Assembly: GCA_009887195.1 (NCBI GenBank)
Contig: QXXX01000028.1
Coordinates: forward strand, 1 to 55,772
Direction: 5' to 3'
Length of the DNA stretch: 55,772 bases
From: Candidatus Poseidoniales archaeon
GTDB lineage: Archaea > Thermoplasmatota > Poseidoniia > Poseidoniales > Poseidoniaceae
Part shown: one piece after another, positions 44,981 to 53,134 of the stretch
Position numbering within the stretch: the first letter of the stretch is position 1
How the letters are laid out: every line of letters starts with the position of its first letter
Made by a program: the position numbers and the translations under genes
The notes under the pieces: generated by a model
What the model was told of the DNA's origin: nothing
Seen by the model: only the letters and a program-made list of their open reading frames with translations
Databases searched by the model: none

Positions 44981-46591
44981 ATGGTTGAGTGGCGGGAAAT
45001 TAACTATCGAAGATTCGGTCTACAAACCGCTTTCTGGTCGGTTATGTTCGTTCTCCTGCTCATGATTTTGAGTAACTTTATTAATTTATCAAATACTAAT
45101 CAATTATCCGCTTATGATGATGATTGGAATGATATGTCTGCTTTTCGCCAAGATATCAAAGATATGGGTATTGAAACTAGATCACTAGTTAGCAGCCCAT
45201 TACTGTTAGCAGATATTGAAGACCCAAGAAACACAACTTATGTTGTCGCTGGAGTTGAAAGAGATACCTTATCACTACCACAGTTTGATGATGATGGATT
45301 TATTACAATAGCCTCTGATGATGGTTATTCACCTTCAGAGGTTGACGCGATTGTGACTTTTGTTGAAAACGGCGGCACAGCAATAATTCTAGAAGATTAT
45401 GGTTTTGCTGGCACTATCGCAGAAGCCTTTGGAGTGCGGTATAACGGCTATCAGTTATTTGATACAACATATGTTCCTGAACTAAACTTCAATTATGTAT
45501 GGATGTGCGTGCAGACCACTCCTTGCAGCATGAATGGCAGTCAAATTGATACAGACTCTCTTTCAACTCACGAAAGGTGGGCTGATACTTCATCCGCATT
45601 GAGTGCTCACCCGTGCGCTATTGCCAATGGCCAAGCAGTTACATTGGAAGATTCAGGAGTATGTGCACATCATTGGTCTGACGGAGAAATTGCATACAAT
45701 GGCACATATAGGGTACTGCTAAACAATATTACAGCGTTAGAATTAATCCCAAACTCAAACAACCCTCTTTCTGAACTAGCGATACGAGCCGTTACTAGTA
45801 ACGAAGCAAGTATTGACGTCAATGGTGATGGAAAACTAGTGGTAAGCGCAATACAAAGTGAAGAAACTCCAGACCTTTATGGAAGATTCAACCTTAGTAT
45901 TGAAGCCTGCGCAAAGTCTACTTGTAATCCAGATGATGGAGGTCGGGTCTTCTTTGTTTCAGATGGTTCTCCTTTAATCAATGCAATATACGACTACTCT
46001 GGTTTTGCAGAGGGTGAGTACGGCCCCACTGATACCGAAATTCCAGCAAATGACAACAGAAAATGGGCATTAGATATTATTGCTGAGGCAATGATGACCA
46101 GCATCCAAGATGATGGTTTGGAACCGTCAGAAAACGCGATGGTGATATTCGATGAATCAAGACACCCACAGAATGCCGTATTAGCAGATTCATACAATAC
46201 AATTTATTTCTTATTGGTATACTTTACCGGGGAAGGATTGGCTATGTTAGTACTATTCCTAATCCTATTCATTGCTTTTGAAGCTGTGCTGATTAGGAAG
46301 AAAGACCCTGATAGTTGGCGACATGTATTTTCAATTATTTACTACGGGTTTGGTGATGCAAATAGATATCCCTATTATTCCAAAGTGGAAAAGATTAGAC
46401 AGGTGTTCCTCTCTAAGGTTAGAAACCAAAATGGCCTTACTAGAGAAGAATTCCATGCGATGTCTGCTCGTGAATTGGTTGCGCTAATTAACGACCCAAC
46501 CTTAGCAAAATTTGCTATTGAACCCACTAAGTATTCTCTAGAGCAAACTGTGTCTATTGTAAAACGTGTCAAAGCATGGGGAAGGCGGTGA
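44981..46591 (+). CDS. Bitopic membrane glycoprotein-like protein, DUF4350-like (hypothetical)
   Basis: 536 aa with TAGGTG-N5-ATG. It has an N-terminal TM, a ~370-aa sequon-rich outside domain, a C-terminal TM and a ~100-aa tail. The segment AYDDDWNDMSAFRQDIKDMGIE...TYVVAG...IVTFVENGGTAIILEDYG resembles the DUF4350 pattern. Confidence 0.45.
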   Translation: MVEWREINYRRFGLQTAFWSVMFVLLLMILSNFINLSNTNQLSAYDDDWNDMSAFRQDIKDMGIETRSLVSSPLLLADIEDPRNTTYVVAGVERDTLSLPQFDDDGFITIASDDGYSPSEVDAIVTFVENGGTAIILEDYGFAGTIAEAFGVRYNGYQLFDTTYVPELNFNYVWMCVQTTPCSMNGSQIDTDSLSTHERWADTSSALSAHPCAIANGQAVTLEDSGVCAHHWSDGEIAYNGTYRVLLNNITALELIPNSNNPLSELAIRAVTSNEASIDVNGDGKLVVSAIQSEETPDLYGRFNLSIEACAKSTCNPDDGGRVFFVSDGSPLINAIYDYSGFAEGEYGPTDTEIPANDNRKWALDIIAEAMMTSIQDDGLEPSENAMVIFDESRHPQNAVLADSYNTIYFLLVYFTGEGLAMLVLFLILFIAFEAVLIRKKDPDSWRHVFSIIYYGFGDANRYPYYSKVEKIRQVFLSKVRNQNGLTREEFHAMSARELVALINDPTLAKFAIEPTKYSLEQTVSIVKRVKAWGRR

Positions 46592-46595
46592 TAAA

Positions 46596-47849
46596 ATGTG
46601 GACAAGAAAAGCAGCATTCACATTTACCGGTGGTATTGCCTTAATTCTTATTGGAATGATGATTTCCAATAACCAAATGATGATTCTAGGTTTGGCCTTA
46701 ATCGCTTTTATTGTGGTAAATTCTTGGATATCAGGCCACGGAGATGTAGAAGTGCAGCGAACACTATCTGCTGATAATCTTTACAAAGGCGACGACCTAT
46801 ATGTTGAACTACTCATCACCAATCGATCAAATCGTAAAACCCAATTGCTCGAAGTGTACGATAACATTCCCCACGAGATGAAACTAAGAAGCGGGCTTAA
46901 TCAAATGCGCCTAAACCTTAGCCCCGGAGAAAGCGCTAGAATTCGTTATGTCCTTCGCTGCCCGCTCAGAGGACATTACTCGATTGGTCCTGTCTCATTG
47001 AGGTCAAGAAATACCTTCAATCTAGGAGTTGAAGAAATGTTTGTTGACCATCACAGTGACATTGTGATATTCCCTCAAATAAAAGAGGTAGAAGAGGCCT
47101 TTTTACGCTCTCGCACTCCGAAAATGTATACTGGAGCAACTACTCTTAGAACCCCAGGGCAAGGTTCAGAATTCTACTCCCTACGTGAATACGTCCCTGG
47201 AGACCCGTTCAAAAATATCAACTGGAAAGCGTATGCAAGAACTGGAGAATTGATGGTGAACGAGAAGTGCCGAGATGCGGTAACTGATTTGTATCTATTA
47301 ATTGATTCAAGAGATATTGCGCGAATTGGAACGGTACTGAAAAACCCCTTGGAAATGAGCACAGTCTCTGCTGCAAGTTTAGCAGCATTCTTCCTTAAAC
47401 GTCGAGATTCTGTAGCTCTTGGAATATACGGCGAAAAATTATCATACTTACCACCAGATACTGGAGATAAGCAATATTTCAAAATTCTAAGTGCTCTTGC
47501 TGGGGTTTCAGCAAAGGGTGAGATGCCGTTACAAGCAGTGACTAACTCTTTGAGCGGGAGATTTAGTAGAGGCAGCCCTGTGTTCGTAATTTCATCATGT
47601 GAAGGCGATGGAACCGTGCCTGCAGCTGTAAGGGACTTGGTTGGAAGAGGACACGAAGTAACAGTATTATCACCTTCTAGTATTGACTTTGAAAGATTGG
47701 TCAGCCGTATTCCTCGAATGTCATATGAGGTGTTAAAATTAGAACGTCAAAACCGACTAACTACCTTAGCAGGGTCTGGTGCACAGGTAATTGATTGGAT
47801 GCCTGACATGGATTTATCTCAAGCATTGATGCAAGTGAGGGGGTACTAA
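46596..47849 (+). CDS. DUF58 family protein (vWA-like, normally a MoxR partner)
   Basis: It carries the signature FYSLREYVPGDPFKNINWKAYARTGELMVNE, an N-terminal TM hairpin and an Ig-like spacer. I prefer the ATG at 46596 (GGCGGTGA upstream); the ORF is open from the GTG at 46566. Confidence 0.85.
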   Translation: MWTRKAAFTFTGGIALILIGMMISNNQMMILGLALIAFIVVNSWISGHGDVEVQRTLSADNLYKGDDLYVELLITNRSNRKTQLLEVYDNIPHEMKLRSGLNQMRLNLSPGESARIRYVLRCPLRGHYSIGPVSLRSRNTFNLGVEEMFVDHHSDIVIFPQIKEVEEAFLRSRTPKMYTGATTLRTPGQGSEFYSLREYVPGDPFKNINWKAYARTGELMVNEKCRDAVTDLYLLIDSRDIARIGTVLKNPLEMSTVSAASLAAFFLKRRDSVALGIYGEKLSYLPPDTGDKQYFKILSALAGVSAKGEMPLQAVTNSLSGRFSRGSPVFVISSCEGDGTVPAAVRDLVGRGHEVTVLSPSSIDFERLVSRIPRMSYEVLKLERQNRLTTLAGSGAQVIDWMPDMDLSQALMQVRGY

Positions 47850-47850
47850 A

Positions 47851-49074
47851 ATGGCTGAAGATGTCCAAGTTCAAAGTGACGTCACCATTACCGGTAGCGC
47901 CAAGGCAAGAACTTTACATTTGAAAACATTAAGAAAACAATGGCAAATCATCACATTGCAAATCATCGCCACAGCCGCCCTAATTGGGATGTATCTCGAG
48001 GTTGTATCAACATATGTGGTAGGAACAATTGACCATACAATCTTATTTTCTTCTATTGAATCACTCATTGGCAGTGATTTACCATTAGGTAAATGGTTTA
48101 CTGGTCAAGGAAGAACTGGTCTGGCTAGGTTCTTTGTCCCCTTAGCCATTGGATTATTAGTCGGAGGATTGATGGCATTAGTGGCATATCAAACACCTAA
48201 GACTCAACAAAGATTGAAACTTGGTTTCATCATTACCTTAATCACACTACTAGTTGGAAGACTAATTCTTGGTTGGCTAACTGGAATGATTTTCTCCTTT
48301 GACATTAGATTACCAGACGATGGTGAATTACAAACTCTGGAATGGCCATTATTGATGATAATGTCTTTGTTAATCATGTTCGTTTACCTACTACCAATCA
48401 TTATGGGGTCCAGAGGGATTTGGGGGTTATCGAAGAAATCTATCGCTTGGGCTATTGGTTTCACTCTTTTATTCCTCGGCATACATGCGATCTTGACATT
48501 CCCATTAATCAAATCCCAATTGGGAGATTATGGCGGTGCTTTGGCGACTCTAGAATCACAAATCTCACAACCAACAATTGGACTATTTGGGATTAAACTA
48601 GTGACTAGTGAACAGTTTGACCTAATTCTGATTGCGGTGCTAATACTTGTATTCCAAGAATCTGCATTTGGAGTCATCAAGTATCTAGAATATGCTTTCA
48701 GACTTCCTGAATCATGCAAGAGAGACCCTGAATATGTTAATCAAATGGATAACATGTTGAATACTCATTTGATGCACACCTTTGGGTTCTTGGGGCTTAC
48801 TGGTATTGCCACCATGGTGGCACTGGGCTTCCACAGCGTATTACTTAGCTTGGTCAGTGACACTACTGGCAGTCAATGGGCAGGGCAAGTATCTGAATCA
48901 ATTGAATTGTCGTTAACTTATGGACTGGTTATTTCAGCAGTAATGTTCCTATCATTCATGGCCCTACTTAGGTATCTAATCCCTTGGCAACGGATATGGG
49001 GATTCACCTATTCTTTGCGAAATAATAATCCTAGCGAAAATGAGAAACCAGAAAAAGAATTCATTGAGTTCTAG
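47851..49074 (+). CDS. Polytopic membrane protein (hypothetical)
   Basis: 407 aa with roughly 9-10 TMs. The ATG lies 1 nt after the DUF58 stop, with GAGGGGGT upstream, so the two are translationally coupled. Confidence 0.6.
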   Translation: MAEDVQVQSDVTITGSAKARTLHLKTLRKQWQIITLQIIATAALIGMYLEVVSTYVVGTIDHTILFSSIESLIGSDLPLGKWFTGQGRTGLARFFVPLAIGLLVGGLMALVAYQTPKTQQRLKLGFIITLITLLVGRLILGWLTGMIFSFDIRLPDDGELQTLEWPLLMIMSLLIMFVYLLPIIMGSRGIWGLSKKSIAWAIGFTLLFLGIHAILTFPLIKSQLGDYGGALATLESQISQPTIGLFGIKLVTSEQFDLILIAVLILVFQESAFGVIKYLEYAFRLPESCKRDPEYVNQMDNMLNTHLMHTFGFLGLTGIATMVALGFHSVLLSLVSDTTGSQWAGQVSESIELSLTYGLVISAVMFLSFMALLRYLIPWQRIWGFTYSLRNNNPSENEKPEKEFIEF

Positions 49075-49076
49075 AC

Positions 49077-49325
49077 CTAATCTCTAGACATCGATTGAAT
49101 AAATCGACCAATCATTTCTGTGCTAAACAATAGTATGAATGGAAATAAGCAATATGTAGCAAATACAGAAAATATCCCTTCACCTGTTTGTTCACTAACT
49201 GCTTGATGGCCAAAAATGAAAATTGCTATTGCCACTAATAAGGCAATTCGCTCCATTAAATGGGGATATTTACGACCGATTGATTCAGTACGGCCTAATA
49301 GTGTAGATGCCTGATTATTGGACAT
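49077..49325 (-). CDS. Small 2-TM membrane protein (hypothetical), last gene of the Roadblock operon
   Basis: 82 aa. The ATG is preceded by AGGTG with 5-nt spacing, and the upstream gene's TAG stop lies inside that TAGGTG. Confidence 0.55.
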   Translation of the reverse strand: MSNNQASTLLGRTESIGRKYPHLMERIALLVAIAIFIFGHQAVSEQTGEGIFSVFATYCLFPFILLFSTEMIGRFIQSMSRD

Positions 49326-49333
49326 TACAACAC

Positions 49334-52300
49334 CTACAAATCAAGGTCAGATAATTTAGTTTCAAGGTTTTCAAGTGCATTACTTTTGACCACGGAAGGC
49401 TCAGACCTATGTTCCCAAGATGCATCAATTCGGGCAAGTTCGGCTTCCAGTGCCGCCCTCTCATCATCATCGCTGATTGGTTGTAGTTCAACAAATTCTG
49501 CTTCCGCTTCATCATCAGTAGATGAGTCATCAGGCAAATCTAAGGTTTCCCAACCATCTTCATCAACTGAAACATGAGATACCTCTTCCTCTAGCATCGC
49601 CTCTCCAGAAATATTAGATTCCATGTGCTTGACCATTTCTTCATCAATTGGAGTTTTTTGGGCTGGGTCGATTACTTCCCTTTCATATGGTAACAAACCA
49701 TCTCTTTGGAAATCCCATAGTAGTCCGCTTGGAGAACCACCTGCTAATCCTGATGCATCAATTTGAGTAATCAATTCTTCAAGCACTCTTGCGGTTTCCT
49801 CCAATGCGATTGCCTCACCAGCATCTCTTTGATCGGATTCTAGATAAATATCATCAAGTGCTTTTTGGATTAGTTTTCTTGTTGCTTGAGCGATGTAGGG
49901 TAGAGATTCTGGCCGGTTGCAATTCGACATTAGGTTTTCAACTTCTTGAGGTGGCGCACCTAATCTTGTTAACTGTTCAAGGACGTTCCTCAGCCTTCTT
50001 AGCATAGTAATCGAGTGATCATAATCCTCTAGAAGACGTTCTAAATCAATAACTAAATTTCCAACAGTCTCACCAAGTTGGTGTTCCAACCTTTGTTGCA
50101 CAGACCATCTTGAGAGACCTCTAACAGCACCAGCAGTTTGTGGCACCTGTCTTTCTAATAGCTCCATAACTTCGCTTGATAAGAGATAACGAGGGGTTGC
50201 TGCAACGTGGTCTACGGTCTTTTGAATAACTTGTAAAGCCCGCTCAACCGCTCTATCGAGTAATGTTACAGAATAGCCCAAACTCCTTGAACGTTCGAGC
50301 CTTTCTAGTACCGGAGCTAGCCCCTCAAAGGTTGAAGCATCGTCGAGTAGGGCTTGAGCAAGCGGTTCTTCAGCCAGTCTTGCTCTAATTCTATCGGCTT
50401 CATTTATGTCTGCCAAAGCTTCTTCATGGGCTTGTGACAACTGTTTAGCATTCTCTACAAGAATGGTTAATTCACCCTCAGCATGACCACGTTTAGCGCC
50501 TAAATCTCCCAATTCTCGAAGCAGGTTTCTGCGCTCTTGCATTAATTGACGCATTTCACCTTGAATCTGGGCGAAGCGGGCTTCATCTGTGCTCAATCTT
50601 ATTCTTTCGTCTTCAGCTCGGCGCCTTGCGACCTTTGCCTCAGATTCGATTATTTCTAATTCTGATTTGCTCTTATTGACACGCTCTTCCTCTTTCATGG
50701 CTTCTGCCTGAGCCCGAGCATGCCGTTCTCTAGATGCTGAAACTTGTTCCTGTAGCACTCGTAATCTGCGTTCATCATCCTCAGTTTGTTGCCTGATGCT
50801 GCCCAATTTTTCACTTGCAGATGACAATTCGGCATTTAATCCAGCTTCCTTAAGGGACATATCTTCAATTGATTGGCGTAATTGTTCACTTGATTCTGTC
50901 TCACCAAGAGCCTTAGCTAGTTCTGTCGCTCTAACACTTACTTGGTGTTCTAGTTCATTTACTCGCTTAACTAACTTACCAGCTCGGGTCTCTGCTTCAT
51001 CTGTTCGATTTCTTGCTTCAGCTAATTCCACCTGCATTGAATTGATTTCGGAGTTAACATTCTCAACGCTCTCTACCTGCATATTTCTCGTTTCAATCGC
51101 TTCTCTAGTTTTAATTTCAGCGGCTTTTCGTGATGCATCAGCAGAAGAAAGTTTGGAATTCAGCAAGGATTTCTCTTTTTCCAAATCATCGATCTTTAGT
51201 TCAGCCGATTCTAATCTTCGTCGCAGGCCTGCATCTATTCCTGGAGCAGGAGTGAGTTCTACCTGTTCTAACCCTTTACTAACTCCATCCTTAGTTTGAA
51301 CAAAGTTGGCTTTAGCCCGTGAGATTCTAAGAGCTTCCATGCCAATTTCAAAACCGATTAATGAGTTTAAGCGGTTAGCAAGATTCGCCCTACGACTTTC
51401 TGACTTTGTTCTAACTGTGACTAGTAAATCTTTGAAGTGTGAAAGGCTAAATTCATTGATAGTACCAGATTCTCTAGTTAGAATAGTTCCTGCTGGCAAT
51501 CTATGTAGCCGAATTACTCGTCTAGCTTCAGTAAGTCCAAGCATTGCTTCTTCAAACGATTCAGTCGCAGGTGCGAAGATTCCTACTGGTATTCCTCGGG
51601 ACAAAATTAAACTCACGGCTTTGGAAGATTTACCAGACTGGATGTGTCCTGTAACACCCTCTTCAATAGCATCTGCAAGCATTGAAAGTACTGCGTCTGC
51701 ACCTCCTTTACCCTCTCGTAAAATGAAGCCATCAGGCAATGGTTCACCAAATCCTGGACCGGTTGAAACCTCTCCTTCCAGAGCTGCTGCTGCTGCATTG
51801 ATAATTCTGGTATGGTCAGCATTTGCTTCAGTCCATACAGCAATTGCAATTTCGCCTGTGTGGGCAAGAAGTAGTGCTCCATCACCTGTATGTAAAGTCC
51901 AATGTCCGCCATCAGTAAATCCTAATCCTTGGGCTAATTTTTCACGTCCGGCAATTGTTTCACCGACTTCTTTTGCGAGTGTTTCACCATCAGTTGGCAA
52001 ATCCCCTGCCGAATCAATAAGCATGCCAGCATCAACAGCAATTGCTCCTCTAACTGCAACATTGTTGACCAATTTAGCCAAAACAACCGACAAATCTCTT
52101 GATAGTAAACGTTCAACAGAGTCACCCTTAGGCATTAGACCTTGAGCATCAACTGGGTGCTCAAACGCTTCTGGAATAACCTCGGCAACTGAACCTAGCC
52201 CAGTCATAGAATAACTCTGAGCTTCATAGCGACACATACCTTCTGCTTCAATTTCCAGAAGACGTTGCTTTGCCTCGCTTCCACCAAGAAGAATTGACGA

Positions 52301-52477
52301 TTTGTCACTTTCTGCAAGGTAACCCACCGTACGACCTGCACGAATTATTCGGTGACCTGCAGGTGTCTTCCGCTTGCCAATCCAAGTGGTTATCACGCCA
52401 TGTTCAAAGGATTGAATAACCCCCTGTGAGACATCAATTTCGGTTTCTACGGCTATTCCTTTTGGTAAGTCAAACAT
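49334..52477 (-). CDS. 1047-aa multidomain protein: PATAN/DUF4388-like, Roadblock/LC7-like, second PATAN-like, long coiled coil, helical region, acidic tail
   Basis: Residues ~122-236 (LSRDLSVVLAKLVNNVAVRGAIAVDAGMLIDSAGDLPTDGETLAKEVGE...GALLLAHTGEIAIAVWTEANADHTRI) fit the Roadblock/LC7 pattern. Residues ~5-80 and ~250-330 share a G..TG.I....(K)...(I/L)I(R/S).G..VG....EA...L pattern. Residues ~418-705 are heptad-rich and E/R/K/A/L/Q-dominated. The last ~100 aa are D/E-rich. Confidence 0.6.
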   Translation of the reverse strand: MFDLPKGIAVETEIDVSQGVIQSFEHGVITTWIGKRKTPAGHRIIRAGRTVGYLAESDKSSILLGGSEAKQRLLEIEAEGMCRYEAQSYSMTGLGSVAEVIPEAFEHPVDAQGLMPKGDSVERLLSRDLSVVLAKLVNNVAVRGAIAVDAGMLIDSAGDLPTDGETLAKEVGETIAGREKLAQGLGFTDGGHWTLHTGDGALLLAHTGEIAIAVWTEANADHTRIINAAAAALEGEVSTGPGFGEPLPDGFILREGKGGADAVLSMLADAIEEGVTGHIQSGKSSKAVSLILSRGIPVGIFAPATESFEEAMLGLTEARRVIRLHRLPAGTILTRESGTINEFSLSHFKDLLVTVRTKSESRRANLANRLNSLIGFEIGMEALRISRAKANFVQTKDGVSKGLEQVELTPAPGIDAGLRRRLESAELKIDDLEKEKSLLNSKLSSADASRKAAEIKTREAIETRNMQVESVENVNSEINSMQVELAEARNRTDEAETRAGKLVKRVNELEHQVSVRATELAKALGETESSEQLRQSIEDMSLKEAGLNAELSSASEKLGSIRQQTEDDERRLRVLQEQVSASRERHARAQAEAMKEEERVNKSKSELEIIESEAKVARRRAEDERIRLSTDEARFAQIQGEMRQLMQERRNLLRELGDLGAKRGHAEGELTILVENAKQLSQAHEEALADINEADRIRARLAEEPLAQALLDDASTFEGLAPVLERLERSRSLGYSVTLLDRAVERALQVIQKTVDHVAATPRYLLSSEVMELLERQVPQTAGAVRGLSRWSVQQRLEHQLGETVGNLVIDLERLLEDYDHSITMLRRLRNVLEQLTRLGAPPQEVENLMSNCNRPESLPYIAQATRKLIQKALDDIYLESDQRDAGEAIALEETARVLEELITQIDASGLAGGSPSGLLWDFQRDGLLPYEREVIDPAQKTPIDEEMVKHMESNISGEAMLEEEVSHVSVDEDGWETLDLPDDSSTDDEAEAEFVELQPISDDDERAALEAELARIDASWEHRSEPSVVKSNALENLETKLSDLDL

Positions 52478-52481
52478 AATA

Positions 52482-52823
52482 TCACATCATTGGAGTGGTT
52501 GCTAATATCCTTCGGTTTCTATCTAAAGCATGGCGCCACTGGGCTAAGCGGCCTGCTTGGCCGGCTAGGACTGTAATTCTGCCTGGTCCGGCTATATCGA
52601 TCATCATTCGACTTTCACCTTCTGACCAAATCTCGTACAGTGTCCCCAACTCTAGGGTGGAGCATAACTCTACAGCAGCATTCACTGACTGTATGGCCTT
52701 CTCAGCGGGAGGAACTTGTCCCTCGCTTCCAACACATGCTAACAGGTTACCTGACTCATCAAGTAGCATTGCTTGATCAACGCCTTCAGTTTTGGTTAAA
52801 CCAGCCAGAACTCGTTGTAACAT
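52482..52823 (-). CDS. Roadblock/LC7 (MglB-like) domain protein
   Basis: 113 aa. LAGLTKTEGVDQAMLLDESGNLLACVGSEG...AAVELCSTLELGTLYEIWSEGESRMMIDIAGPGRITVLAGQAGRL matches the Roadblock/LC7 consensus over its full length. The stop lies 4 nt before the next ATG. Confidence 0.8.
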   Translation of the reverse strand: MLQRVLAGLTKTEGVDQAMLLDESGNLLACVGSEGQVPPAEKAIQSVNAAVELCSTLELGTLYEIWSEGESRMMIDIAGPGRITVLAGQAGRLAQWRHALDRNRRILATTPMM

Positions 52824-52877
52824 AGTCGCTCAAAATGTCCGTGAGCGTTGTAGGCTTCAAGAAGTTTTGCGTTTATT

Positions 52878-52892
52878 CCCCCCTACGGGGGG
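52878..52892. other. Perfect GC hairpin CCCCCC-TAC-GGGGGG in a long divergent intergenic region
   Basis: C6 at 52878..52883, TAC, then G6 at 52887..52892, plus a flanking T-A pair. It lies ~55-70 nt upstream of the Roadblock start on the minus strand. Confidence 0.5.
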
Positions 52893-53028
52893 ATTTGACG
52901 GGTAAAATCAAATATCCAACTGGAGTTGAAAGAAAAGTCACGCGGAAGCGCCTTTATTACCCACTTTCCGCGCAATATTGCTGCCGATAAGTGGATGAAT
53001 AATTTGACTTTTATAAAATAAATTTTGT

Positions 53029-53052
53029 AATTGGAAATTTGATTTTCCAATT
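53029..53052 (+). promoter_or_regulatory. Candidate operator: inverted repeat AATTGGAAA-N6-TTTCCAATT just downstream of a TATA-like TTATAAAA
   Basis: The arms are 53029..53037 and 53044..53052. TTATAAAA lies at 53011..53018, and the ATG of the tRNA thiolase gene is at 53135. Confidence 0.35.
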
Positions 53053-53134
53053 GGATAATTACTACATCTGTTTTTGGCACTTGATGAGAATAAACATGCG
53101 ATGAACTCAAACACTAGGCGGTTTTCGACATTTC

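Noticed and set aside
50796-52145. + strand ORFs of 167 aa (50796..51299) and 279 aa (51306..52145) opposite the giant coiled-coil gene.
   Set aside because: These are Ser/Ala/Pro-rich antisense products of a GAR/CTN-biased coiled-coil coding sequence. The minus-strand frame carries coherent Roadblock and heptad patterns and SD-coupled neighbours.
52927-52950. GAAAGAAAAGTCACGCGGAAG, which vaguely resembles the RNase P RNA CR-I motif (GGAAAGTCC).
   Set aside because: It is an imperfect match. The surrounding 311 bp are too short and too AT-rich for archaeal RNase P RNA, and I saw none of the other conserved regions.
53082-53087. A C-box-like TGATGA that might suggest a C/D box sRNA.
   Set aside because: I found no matching D box (CTGA) at the appropriate distance, no terminal stem, and no C'/D' pair on either strand.
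52883-53110. A 75-aa minus-strand ORF filling the 311-bp intergenic region.
   Set aside because: It is AT-rich with a low-complexity, Ile/Lys/Phe/Ser-biased translation. It has no SD, and it runs through hairpins and a TATA-like tract, so the region is more likely non-coding regulatory sequence. I kept the region itself as a finding.
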